A DNA stretch of 64,000 bases, taken from Anthoceros angustus (Eukaryota > Plantae > Anthocerotophyta). The notes under the pieces are model-generated. The model was not told the DNA's origin, searched no databases, and was given only the letters and a program-made list of their open reading frames with translations. The translations under genes were made by a program, and so were the position numbers. The DNA is taken from positions 206,955-270,954 of the forward strand of contig VJWM01000235.1 in assembly GCA_010909165.1 (NCBI GenBank), given 5' to 3'. The first letter of the stretch is position 1, and every line of letters starts with the position of its first letter. Positions 35,615 to 47,284 of the stretch are shown in pieces.

Positions 35615-37847
35615 CCTGTCTGCCTGCCCTAAGTAGGCAGGCCACATTGAAAACTGTTTGCTTGATCTTTTTTTGGACTAAAGTAAATTCTTATTGTTGT
35701 TCTTCTCAATAGGTAGCTCTGCCCTAACTCGGAAGCCCTAAAGCCCACGAGTTTCTGTATAAGAACTAGGACGTCGCCCTCCAATCTTATTTCCTACACC
35801 AGAACTTGTGGACGTCGACAGTATGCCGTTGTTGCTGCTGTTGGTCGAGTCGGGTTGTGACGCTGCTGGTCCTACTGATGCCCGTCGTCGTCCGTTGTTG
35901 TTGTTGACCGCGTCGAGTTGTGGCGGTGCTGGTGCCACTGATAGCAGTGTCGGGGATAGGAGCTGGTCTGGTTGGATGATGAAGTTTACTCAAATTGCTT
36001 AAACTCAGTGGAGGTCTATGCCTTTGGGCAAGTGGGCCAGATGTATGACTCCTGACACGACAATTTCTGTCTCCCGACACTTGAAACAGTTTGTTGAAAA
36101 CGTTGTCTTCCATCAGCCCTGTTTCAAGGTTGTTCAAAACGTTGTCTTCCATCTGTCCTACTTTGTGGAGTACTTCTTGTTTGTAGTGACGCCTCAATCT
36201 TTGGCAGAGCATCTGGGCGGTCGGGCTTGAAACACCACGGCTGTGGCTTGGAATGTTTTGGATTGTGGCCACAATACTGTCAACCCCTCCGGGATGCTGT
36301 GAATCTTCCTGTGCATTTAGCCTCGAAAGGGTTGCAACAAGCAAGAGTTCTTGTTGAACTGAGTTTCGGTTCTAGGTTTAGGTCATCAGGAAAGGCCGCC
36401 GCCAGCGTTGCTTTCGGGTAGTTTCTAGGTTTAGGTCATCAGGAAAGGCCGCCGCCAGTGTTGCTTTTGGGTAGGGAGGTTTTGAGCTGTGATGAGTTAT
36501 CAAACCAGTAATAAGTCAGTTCTGCTGCTGATGAACAGTGAGTGAAAACTGGTATTAATCTGAGCTCCTAGTCTAGGGACTTTCGAGGTGTCTGTGTCCT
36601 TCGGCGATGATTAAAACTATCCGCGCTTCTGAGGAGAACCCTATGAAGTACAAAAAAACTCATGGTTGAATGTCTTCACATGAGCCGAAGGCTTAAGTTC
36701 TTGTGTCTCCTACCACTAGGTAGAATGTCTATCTGCGACTCCTACGCTTTGGAAAGATTGCTGTTTGACGCGTCGTTAGTTTTGCTGTCTGACGCTTCTG
36801 CAGTGTTGCCTTTTGCTTCCCACGTCGCCCTGTAACCAAGCTATGGGATTCCTCATTTACACATGCCACGATGATCCAATTTTGTTGTCGCTTGCTAGTT
36901 TCGACGAACTTCTATTCACACCGGGGAAGTCAGAACAAATTCAGGTCCGATACCGCACTGTAAACAAGTGAGTCTGGATATCCCACTGAAGATTCGCCGT
37001 TGGAACCCGCAGTGACTCCGCAATCACCTGATGTTACGCTTTGATGATACATCAAGATAACTCACAGTCCTTCTACTTACACTAGGTCAGGGTACCGGAA
37101 CCTGCAGCAAGAGTTCCTGTTCTGCTACAAAGCCCGGAAAAGGAACCTGCAAAGTGCAAACCTTGGCTGCGGCCTTGGCAGTGTGCTAAGAAGGCATACC
37201 GCGGGAGAGCGCTGAGGGAGCAACGAGGTCGACTGGTGGAGGCAGATGAGCAGCGCCTGAATTGAATTTGATACAGCATGTCCACTATACGCACAACGGA
37301 GACAAGGCTGATGAACCAGAGACTCATAACAATACAAGTGTGGGGTGATCTTCAATCCAGGAGAATCGTTGGTGTGAAAGTGCAGCGTGTTTTCGTCGCC
37401 AGCCCCGCTTCCAAAGCCCCTGCGCCTTCGCAAGCCCGATGCAGCAGGGCTCCTCCGGCAATGCTTGGCCGGGTTCTTGCTGCCGGGGTGGATGCTTCAC
37501 TGGGGGACCCTTGCGCCATGACTGCAGTGGCTTCTCAAGGTGCACGAGCTAATTGGAAAAGTAAAGGGGACGGTTGCACGAGCAGCTCTGCGCAAATGAT
37601 GTCTAGTCAGCCGGTATCCGTGCAGTACACACTGGGACCATGCACGACGAACACCAACTCGCGATGCTCAAACCCACGGTTTTAGTTTGCGGTTAGCTAT
37701 GACAGAGGTGTCCTCATGAAAAACGTCATACAGCAGTAACAAATACTGTACATACATATATAGGTGACGCCTTTTATAAGTACGAACAACACCTTATGCG
37801 TTTCAGAACTTTCTAGGTGTACAAGTTTTTATCACTTCAAGCTTTAA

Positions 37848-38340
37848 AATACTAGGAAAACTAGCACTTTACTAGACATTTGTTCGACTTACAATGGGGG
37901 TTTTCAACCCATGTATTATTTTTACATAGAGTTTAATACTTTATAATATGGATTTGATATTTTACAATATGAGGTATTTTTTACCATGTATTCTAATGAC
38001 GTGACACTCTTTAGGAGTTTTTATAATGGGGTTTTGCAAGATTACAATATACTATAGTTTTCAACAAGGATATTTTTACAACATGGACTGGTGTGATTCC
38101 AACACGGTGTCCGAACTTTCACAATGGGAGTTAGCAAGATTACAACATATTACAGTTTTCAACATGGGATTTTTAGAATGGTGGCGGCTGTAATTAGAAC
38201 ACCGTGTCTATTTACAGCTATAACCCTGTGTTTTACAACACCGTCTACTCTACTTACAACACACTGTCTTTTTATATCCCTGGCTTGTGTTCAAGAACCC
38301 AATTTTTCCAAGAGGTAAGACGGCTTTTTACAACGAAAGT
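37848..38340 (+). mobile_element. Degenerate CACTA-like end with TTACAA-rich subterminal region
   Basis: AATACTAGGAAAACTAGCACTTTACTA resembles the end at 58825 (CACTACTAGGAAAAGTATACTTTTACTA) and is followed by many TTACAA/TTTCAAC motifs. Confidence 0.5.
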
Positions 38341-38384
38341 TACATGCCATATTTGTTTTTAGTCAATTCAATCAGGTATTGCCT

Positions 38385-38955
38385 AGATAGATAGATTTCC
38401 TAGACTACATCGCATAATAAATGCAAGTTGCCTGACATAGCCAGGTCATTTCAAGCAAAGCTGATGTTTAGAGATACATTTTAAAGTCCAGAATCCCATG
38501 GAAGGATTTTCAGAAGTTCAGACTATAGGTCTCCTATTCCATAAGCAGCCCCCATGTGTGAGAGATCCAACATATGCCTAGCCCTCCTTGGGATCAGTAT
38601 ATCACATTTGTAGCATGCACATAGATGATTATGTAAAGGCATGCAGTGTGTCTGGCGATTTTCCCCGTCAGCCACTTGGTATGTAGTTAGACATCCTATA
38701 TCGAATCAACCAGGAAGCAAACCAGTCTGTCTAAAAACACTCATCCATCTTTCAGCGTGCTAGCAACCAGGACCTTTAGGTAAATAGGAACATTAGCTCT
38801 TCGTGAGAAAGAAAAATCATGCATGTCACCATTAATTTCGTCATGGCTTCCGAAGTAGCAAAACAGACCAATTCACCATCTGTGGCCCATGGATGATATG
38901 TCACCTTGGCAAGTTATTAAAGAGCTTACCAGCATGGATCCTTGTAGCAAGGAAG
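38385..38955 (-). pseudogene. Highly degraded PLS-PPR/E-domain relic, copy 1
   Basis: Nucleotide homology with 41213-41770. Traces GKLFNNLPR and MLDLSHMGAAYGIGDL.SELLKILPW resemble PPR and E motifs. Confidence 0.42.
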
Positions 38956-39620
38956 TAGCATGCACCCATTGCCTGCCTCGTTTTCTCTCCAAACCGCTCA
39001 CCAATCTCAACACCACAAACCCACATGCATCCTTGCAGCAAGCAAACAATGTGCATCACTGCTTGCATTGTTTTCTCTCCAAGCCGTTCATCAGTCTCAA
39101 TCACCATACACCCACACACATCCTTGCAGTAATAAGCACACAGCGTGCATCCACAGCCTACATCGCTTTCTCTCCAGGCCGCTCATCAGTCTCAACCATC
39201 ATACACCTACATGCATTCTTGCAGCAAGCAAACAACGTGCATCCACTTGACAAGCATCGTTTTTTCTCCAAGTCGCTTACTAGTCTCAGCCGCCACAAAC
39301 TCACATACGGATATCCTTGCAACAAACAAACAGCGTGCGTCCACTGCTTGCATCGCAGTCTCTACCATCACACACCCACATGCATCCTTGCAACCAATAA
39401 ACAGCGTGCACCCACTGCCTGCATCGTTTTCTCTCCAAGTCGCTCACCAATCTCAGCCACCACAAACTTCCTTGCAGCAAACAGCGTGCATCCACTACCT
39501 GTTTTATTTCGTCTTCAAATTGCTCACTAGTCTCAACCACTACAAACCCACATGCATTCTTGCAGTAAGCAAACAACGTTGCGTCTACTACCTGCATCGT
39601 TTTCTCTCCAAGCCGCATGC
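38955..39620. repeat. ~92 bp tandem repeat, about 8 diverged units
   Basis: Recurrent GTGCATCCACTGC.TGCATCGTTTTCTCTCCAAG.CGCTCA..AGTCTCA.CCACCACAAAC.CACATGCATCCTTGCAGCAA.CAAACA. Confidence 0.93.
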
Positions 39621-41212
39621 CCCTAGTCTCTTTATTTTTCACATGGTGGTTGCCCAAAGTCGATCCTCAGTCTGGAGGCGTCAAACCTCCCACACATCAG
39701 GTTCGCGATTGCAGCCAGAGTGGTTCAAGCACACAATAGCCTTTCCATTCTGCATCGACCCCAAGCTTCTGTTCCCATCGCAGCTACTACCAACAGCCTT
39801 TCCATCCCGCACCGACTCCCAGCATCTAGCCTCATCAAAGCTACCAGGCGAATTCAGTCATGATAGCCAGCAGACGCCACAAACACACAATCAAATGCGA
39901 GTCCCACCAAGTCGCGAACCAGTAGAAATCCAGCCCCATGCCAAGTATCATTGATGTATCATACAGCCTGCAGCGATTCCAAGGCGATCGGTAGAAACCG
40001 TCTATAGTGCCACCAGCATTTCTATTAGGGGGCACTCCTCTGCATTTGTCCCAGTGAGATCAGCAGCCAGATCTCATACTGATCAGTACGGTAGTCTGTT
40101 AGCCAGGCACGTCATGGCCACAAACCACATGCTCCATGACCGAGATTGCTCAGCAGTCGAGTTCTAGGTCTCCAGTCTCTAAAACACCTAGTAGCTCACA
40201 GTTTTGAGGCACAGAATCGGGGGCATACCATGCACATCCAACTTCACTCTAGAGTGATACAAGAAACGCTGTAACCACGATGAGGCATCACACCAAATTC
40301 TTCAGCCCAATACGACACGCAGTTGTAAGTGTATCAATTGACATATCCATCATTTGCAAGGTATCTGTTAAAAAGACAGCCACATAGAAGCCATTCTTCG
40401 AGAGAAAGGAAAAGAGTGCCAAGCAATGCGTTAATGACATTCAACAAGTAATGTTTCAAAGGGAGAGTCATAGATAAGGTACGGAATCAGCCGTTGAGTC
40501 AGCCTTTGTAGCTATGTATGTACTTCTAAAAACTCCACACCTAGGGTTTAGAAGACTAGACCATGGATGACTAGTTCTAGGTCTAGCTTCGTGGATGCAC
40601 CAAGATGGTGTTGGTCAACAACCCCTCCCTCTTCCCTTCTTCAGCCACCAAAAAAGGATCATCGGCCCCGTTTCTGGATCCTTGGTGAGAAGGGATCCAT
40701 TGCACATCCACTAATCTAAGGCTGCATAGTGAAGTAGAAGAGAGGAGAAAAAGGTTCAACCTTAGTAACCATGGCCAGCTTGGGGAGGCAACGAGTCAAA
40801 GAGACCAAAGTTTGGAGGGAAGAAATTTCATTGGGTAGCAAACTCTATCCAACCACTGGCTCACAAGTTATATAAAACTATTGGGTAGCCATTCCTACCA
40901 ATGATAACCCACAAGGAACCAACCCATCCTTAAAAAACATGCACATAGATCAGATCTTGAAGACAAAAAAACCTGCATAAATATTAAATAGCCTTGAATT
41001 AGTATTTATCTTAAAAAATCAAGAAAAATAACTATATTAGTAAGAAAAAATAAAATAAGTTACATTCACAAATTAGTATTACGTAAACATTGAAGGGATA
41101 GATTTACTTAGTTCTTCAATGGGATGTTTGGGATGGATAAACACCATTCAGAAGCAACAATCTATGGGCACACAAGGGGCAAATCCATGGATCTCATAGG
41201 GAACATAACTCT

Positions 41213-41770
41213 CAGATAGATTTCCTAGACTACATCGCATAAATGCAAGCTGCCTGACCTAGCCAGGTCATTTCAAGCAAAGCTGTTGTTTAGAGATATA
41301 TTTTAAAATCCAGAATCCCAGGGAAGGATTTTCCAAGTTCGACTACCAGGTCTCCTAATCTGTAAGCAACCCCCATGTGTGAGAGATCCAAAGATCCTCA
41401 CCCTCCTTGGTATGAGTATATCACATTTGTAGCGTACACGGATGATTGTGTAAAGGCATGCAATGTGTCCGCACTTGTAATTGTAGTTAGACAACCTACA
41501 TCGAATCAGCCAGGAAGTAAACCAAGATGTCTATAAGCACTCCCATTTTTCAGCATGCTAGCAACCAGGATCAATGCAAATAGGAACATGCTCATGAGAG
41601 AGAAATCATGCATGTCACCATTAATTTCACGTGGTTATCAAAGTAGCGTAATGCAGCCACCATATGTGGCCCATGGTTGGTATGTCACCGTAAGTTATCA
41701 AAAACCTTTACCGCAAGCATCCTTGTATCAAGGAGTAGTGTGCATCTATAGCTGCCTGCTTTCTCCAAAT
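41213..41770 (-). pseudogene. Highly degraded PLS-PPR/E-domain relic, copy 2
   Basis: Traces AVKVFDNL, YKCGHI and KILPWDSG. Homologous to 38385-38955. Confidence 0.42.
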
Positions 41771-43479
41771 GTGGAAGCATAAAAGTTTGGGCAATCGTTT
41801 ATGAGTTGTTTTTGAACAGTCCGAATTCTTGATAGAAATGGTTTGGTGGAAACATGCGAGAAATGTTTTGTTCCGATTGAAGCCGGAGTCAGAGGATGTC
41901 TTGGAAGGCAGAGAGGATACTTAGGGAAAAGAAACGGATCAAATGACCTTCTAGTGAGGAGGTAGGAGACATATGTGAACGGTAGGAGATGTCCTACTGC
42001 AGTAGGAGGTATCCTACCACCGAGGAGAAACTCCTACCACGGTAGGCTAAGTGGAGAGAACTCACCACCGTAGGTATGGGTAGGAGAATGTCCCACCACC
42101 GTAGGTAAGGCCCAGCTAGCTGATGACCCACCAGGAGTAGCTCCTACCAGAGGAAAAGGGTGAAGGCAATTAAGCCAAGGAAGTAGTTGAGGTTGCTGAC
42201 AAGCGTTGATAGGCTTGCAGGCAAAGGCCCGATTATTGGGGCCACCACCAAGTTTGAGGGGAAGGCAAAGTAATTTGCCACATGTGGAAGAAGTGAGACA
42301 TGGGCAGTGCTCACGTTGTTGAGATTTTGCAGAAGGAGGACTGCTAGGTAGAGATGTGGCAAGGGTTGCCAGGAAGATGGGCCAAGTGCCCGTAATGGTG
42401 GAATTGTGTGATCCGCTAGGCTCTAGGTTGGGAGCTCAAGATGCAGAGAGGAGCAATGCAAGGATGGGGAGCGAGGAGCTCATGTTGAGGGTGAGCAGCC
42501 ACAAGGGTTGCAAGAGGAGGCCATGGCGGTGCCGAGGCACATGGAAGTGCTCTCAATGGAGTCACGATGTGAGGATGGTGTTGAACTAGGAAAAGGCCAT
42601 GGTAGAGCACTCACGGCAGCTGAATTTGTAGATGGGCTGCAAGATGGAGGTGTGGCCAAACCATAGAAGGCGTGTTGCGTGGCCGCAACATGGTGAAGGG
42701 ATCACAACGGGTGTGCATCATGACGGAATTTGCGCAATGCAAGTCAAAGTGAAGGGAGGCCGTTGTGGTGGCCGCGAGGAGAAATGGGTAGCAAGGAGGG
42801 TTGATACGAGATGTTGTTGAGGTGTGAGGAGTTCACCGGGAATAAGTCATTTATTCTTGAGAGCACAAGCCAATTGGGTGTGTTGGACAATGAAGTATAA
42901 GAACTCCAAAGTTAAGCGTCCTAGGGGTGGATCAAGAGATGGGGTGCCTTTGTGTGAGGTTTCAACTTATTATATTTGCATTATAGTCACATGAGAGCCC
43001 ACGAGGGTAGGTGTAGATAGTTGGCCCTACAAGAATGGAGGGGCCCCACATGGACAGGTGCGTAGGGTGTCAAAAGTAGTGCGAGGGTGTCATGTACGAG
43101 GGATGGCAATGAGGTAGTGGACGTGAGGCATGGCACTACTGAGGGTGGAGGTGCACCCCACGGGATGGATGGTAGGTGGTAGGATGTGGGCATGGCATCC
43201 CACCGTAGGAGGAGGTGCACCACGGGGTACATGGACAAGCGCGGTAGGGATGTCAATGTGGGTATGCAGGATGCAATGTAGGGTGGTAGTGGACGTAGGG
43301 CATGGCACTCACCGAGGGAGGAGGCACCCACGCAGGTGTGAAGGGAGGTGCACCCTACGCAGGGCGGGAGGCACACAGAAGGGAGGCACCTACGCAGGGA
43401 GGAGGTGCACCCTACGGAGCGTGAAGGGAGGTGCATAGCAGGCGTAGGAGGTGCACTTATGTAGCAAGTATAGTATGTA

Positions 43480-43570
43480 GGCATGTATGTATGTATGTAT
43501 GTATGCATGTATGTATGTATGTAGTATGAATAATGTATGTATGTATGTATGTATGGGTATGTATGTAGAG
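43480..43570. repeat. (ATGT)n microsatellite
   Basis: Read directly from the sequence. Confidence 0.95.
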
Positions 43571-44499
43571 AGTATAGTCTCCTACGCAGGGGACTCCTAC
43601 GTAAGTATAATCTGCATATACATGGAAGCAAGATTTGATAACGCAGTACAAACCTAGGAAGTAATAATAAACAAAGTATGGGGGTAGTGTAGGGTGGCCA
43701 CAAGGTGGTGTAGAGTGGCACATGTGAGGAATCGTGAGGAAGAGCTTGTGCATGCAAAGGAATGGCATGCAAAGGAATGCAAAGGAAAGCTAGGACAAGG
43801 ACTTGGTGAGAACGCGCCCATGTGTGTGCAAGGAGAAGGAGGTGCGTGCATAAGGAGTTGTGTGTGAAGGGATTTGAAGCACAATCAGAAGAGGGGCAGG
43901 AGCTGAATTTTGTGCCTAGGACCTTGCAAGTGAGGGATTTGCATAAGGAGTTGTGGCCGTGAGGGCATCAAGGTTGAGCTAGGTGGGACCGTGGAGTGAA
44001 GAGGAAGTAAGTGGAAAAGGGCTGAAGTTGCTCTTGGTGGATTTTGTGGCAAGTGAAGAAGGCTCGCAATTGTGTGTAGAAACTGAGGTGACGACTAGGT
44101 AGAAACAAGCAGGGGGGTGTGCCCAAGCTTGTTGGTGCAGTTATCTTGAAGGGTGCAAGATGGTGAAAGCGCTTGCACCTAAGAAGGGCAAGCTGGTTGC
44201 TAGGGAGCCAAGAGAAGAGGAACTTGAGGAACTGGAGAATAGGGATGCAAGGACCGATCTGTGGTGCCGACAGCCCAACACATCCGATGTGTATGGAAGG
44301 CCGAGAGGATGACTTGGAGGAGGAAGAGGAAGGCATGGAGCAAGATCCGCCACGGGAGACCTTCTTGCAGAGAGTGTGGAGGCGAGGGCCATAAGAAGTG
44401 ACCCCACGTCCGTAGGGAGGTGTAGAGGGTGGCCCTACATCCGTAGGGATCACTGCGCGGCACATCTAGAGGTAATTGAAGGGGTGGTAGCTTGGAGTG

Positions 44500-46900
44500 T
44501 GGGCTCATTGGGGGGAGACTTTTCTTTAGGGAGGAAGATAAATGCTTGTCAACCCAAGAGGGGTGTGTTGACTAGCTAGATAGGAATGTTGATGAGCCAT
44601 TAAGGCTCACATAGGTGAATTTGCTAGAATAGAATTTTACCCAAGATGCTTGGATGTCGAACTTAAAGTCACAACAGGGATACACTAAAATAAGGAGGAG
44701 GAGGCTGGAGGGCTGTGGGAGGCTGTATGTGAGGACCTCCCTATAAAAGGAGGGAGCTTGTGAAGTAAAATTATCGTGTCTTGCGCCTCCCATCCTCCCG
44801 AGTCCTTCACTTTGTGAGGAATTCGGCCGCAAGCCAACGCAGGTCCGGGTAGAGAGGGAGAACGCGGGCCGGAGTGCCGGGCGAGGGCTTGCCTTGCGCG
44901 CTCGCAGCCTCCCTTGTGAATGGTTGCCGTGAATTGTTTTGCTTTGAGTGTGTGGCGATGCTCAAGGAACTCTCGGCTTGAGGGTAGACTAGGAAAGACT
45001 CGGAGGTTCTCGCCGTCTGCATGCAAACCACATAGCAACCGCCCAAGGAAGAACTCAATTTCCTGACGGTGCAGCTGTAAGGGCGAGTTGGAATTAATGA
45101 GCCAGAATTGGTGTTAGAGTAGGAGATTGTGGAGGAAGGAAGGTAGATGAGTAGAGAAGAAGAGGGCGTTGTTGATTGAGAGAGTTGTGAGGAGGATTAG
45201 AGTGTAGGAAAACTAAGGCCATGCAGAGCCTAAGGGACGAATCCCAACTGCAAGTAAGAGGGCGCCTCCGTGTGAGAAGAGTGTCTTAGGAGTAGGGACG
45301 GTGTGTGGGTGGGGGGGTCCCTGGCGTGATAGACACCTTGTCGCTAAGACGAACTCGCAATTGTGTGGTGTCGTTGTAGGTTGAGGCGAGTTTACGGCAA
45401 AGGCAGTGTGTAGCCGCTGAGAGGAGCGTGAGAGGGCGCCTTGCTTGTTTAGAAGGCCGAGGTAGTGTGTAGTCAGCAGTAGTGACGATTTCAAGATCCG
45501 ACTGCTCCAAGTCTCATGGGACGAAACCCAACGACGAAACGACAAAGGATAAGTGTGGCCGCCAGAGGGGGAATCTCCCCGGATCTGCCTGGGTTTTCCT
45601 CCCACATTTTTGGCGCTGTCGGGACTTGTTGTCGAACGTTGAAATTTTGAGATTTTCGCTGCTAGCTTGCAAGATGAGCCGAGAAGATCTTGTAAGGAGG
45701 TGGAGCGGGGTCTAGGAAGAAGCCTACGTCCTGAACCTGCGTTGTGAAGGAGGAGCTCCACGCCTCGAATGGTGTGATGTGTGTTCGCAAAGAATGGCGA
45801 TGGCGAGTTGGCTGATTTTTCTTTAACAACCGTGTTTTGGAGGCTATGAGGATGCATGTTCAGCGGAGGGAGGGGAGAGGAGAAACCATAGGAGGTCACC
45901 CCACCGCCATCGCAAGAGATCTAAGAGCGCAAGAAGAAATCAATGGAGGAGGAAAACGCAGTGGTTGCACGGCGCCTGGAGGAGGAAGAGCAAGGGCGCT
46001 TGAGGAGGAGGTTGCTTTTGCCCTTGCCTAAGGGGAGCCAAGTGATCCAAGAAAACGCTCGAGAAGGGGACGTGGAAATCACCGACAAACAAAGGAGGTG
46101 GTTGAAGAGGAGTTGGTGTATGAAGAGGAAAGCGAGGAGGAGGCACCATTTCTTGAGTGCGATTCAAATTCAGCTACCAGCGGGCCTTCTCAACGCTGGA
46201 CCTTCGGAGTGGATCTAGCTCAACTTCCAGCAAATGTAAAGTGAAGAAGGTGGGTGAGCAGAATTTCGTGGTCTCAAGATCTTATGGAGCGCCTTGATAG
46301 AATCACCGCCAGCTACAGCCTTGGGACGACACCTAGGGAGACACCATCCCACAACCGCCCCCAATCTTTTGTGTGACACCCTTCTCGCAGAGAACTTTGG
46401 TTGGAGAATTTACGCAGGAGAGGAAGGGAGTGTGAGTTCGCCTAGCTCATCCGGACCAAGCAACATGAGTGGAACAGAGTAGGAGGGGATTGCTTGGATA
46501 GTTGTGTGTTGAGGGGTGTGAGCGTGCTTGCAAGTCTAGCCTGGGAGGGAGGAAGCACTGTAGGAGTTGAGAGGAGATCACCCCATCTTGTCTGCAAGGG
46601 ATTTGTGAACTGAATGGAGAAATCATGTGCATGTGCTTAGTTGCTACCGATGTGCAAAGGAAGAAGCGGAGGAGAGAACTCTTGAGAGGAAGCTACATGT
46701 GCTAACATTTCAAGGGTTCCGCTGAGGAAGAAGAGGTAGTTGTCTAAGAGGAGGAGAAGGTTGTGCTCAAGCAAGAGGAAGGAGGTTGTTGCCGAGGAGT
46801 TGCCGATCAAGGGTGAGGGTCAAGAATCTCGAGCCGCCGATTAGTAATTTCCTACTAGAAAGGGCAGCATGTTTACGTTGTAATTTTATGTTACACTTCT
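44500..46900 (+). mobile_element. LTR retrotransposon derivative, unit 1: PPT, LTR (~44543-45104), PBS-like site (45109-45120), non-coding internal region
   Basis: TTTCTTTAGGGAGGAAG purine tract before TG; TGGTGTTAGAGT resembles the tRNA-iMet PBS (TGGTATCAGAGC). The internal part is homologous to 54854-56560. Confidence 0.7.
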
Positions 46901-47284
46901 AACTTGCAACATCATTTGGAGGCTTGGTATTAAGTTTGTCATTTCTTTCCCCAAGTGGGCCTACAATCTTAACACGAACTCTCTCTCCTACCACTTCACC
47001 CTCTTAACTACATCCCCTCTCATATGCATTGTTTATGAATTCCTCATGCAATTGCAACATGATCAGAATAAGGACCCTCTCTCTCCACCCCCATCTTTAT
47101 TACACCCCATTGGGAGTACAATTAGTTAAGGTTTTTCCTAGCGCTCTTCTTTGCACTCTCTCTTCACAACTATTTGTTAATGGTGCCTGCATGAATATCA
47201 CAAGAACATGCCCATTAATCACACCTTTAAAGGTGACCTAAACATAATATTATTTACCTATGTCTAAGTTCGTGGTCCGAGGCT

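Noticed and set aside
35787-36344. 185 aa ORF as a gene or gag
   Set aside because: No recognisable motif, a low-complexity C-terminus and no supporting splice or repeat evidence.
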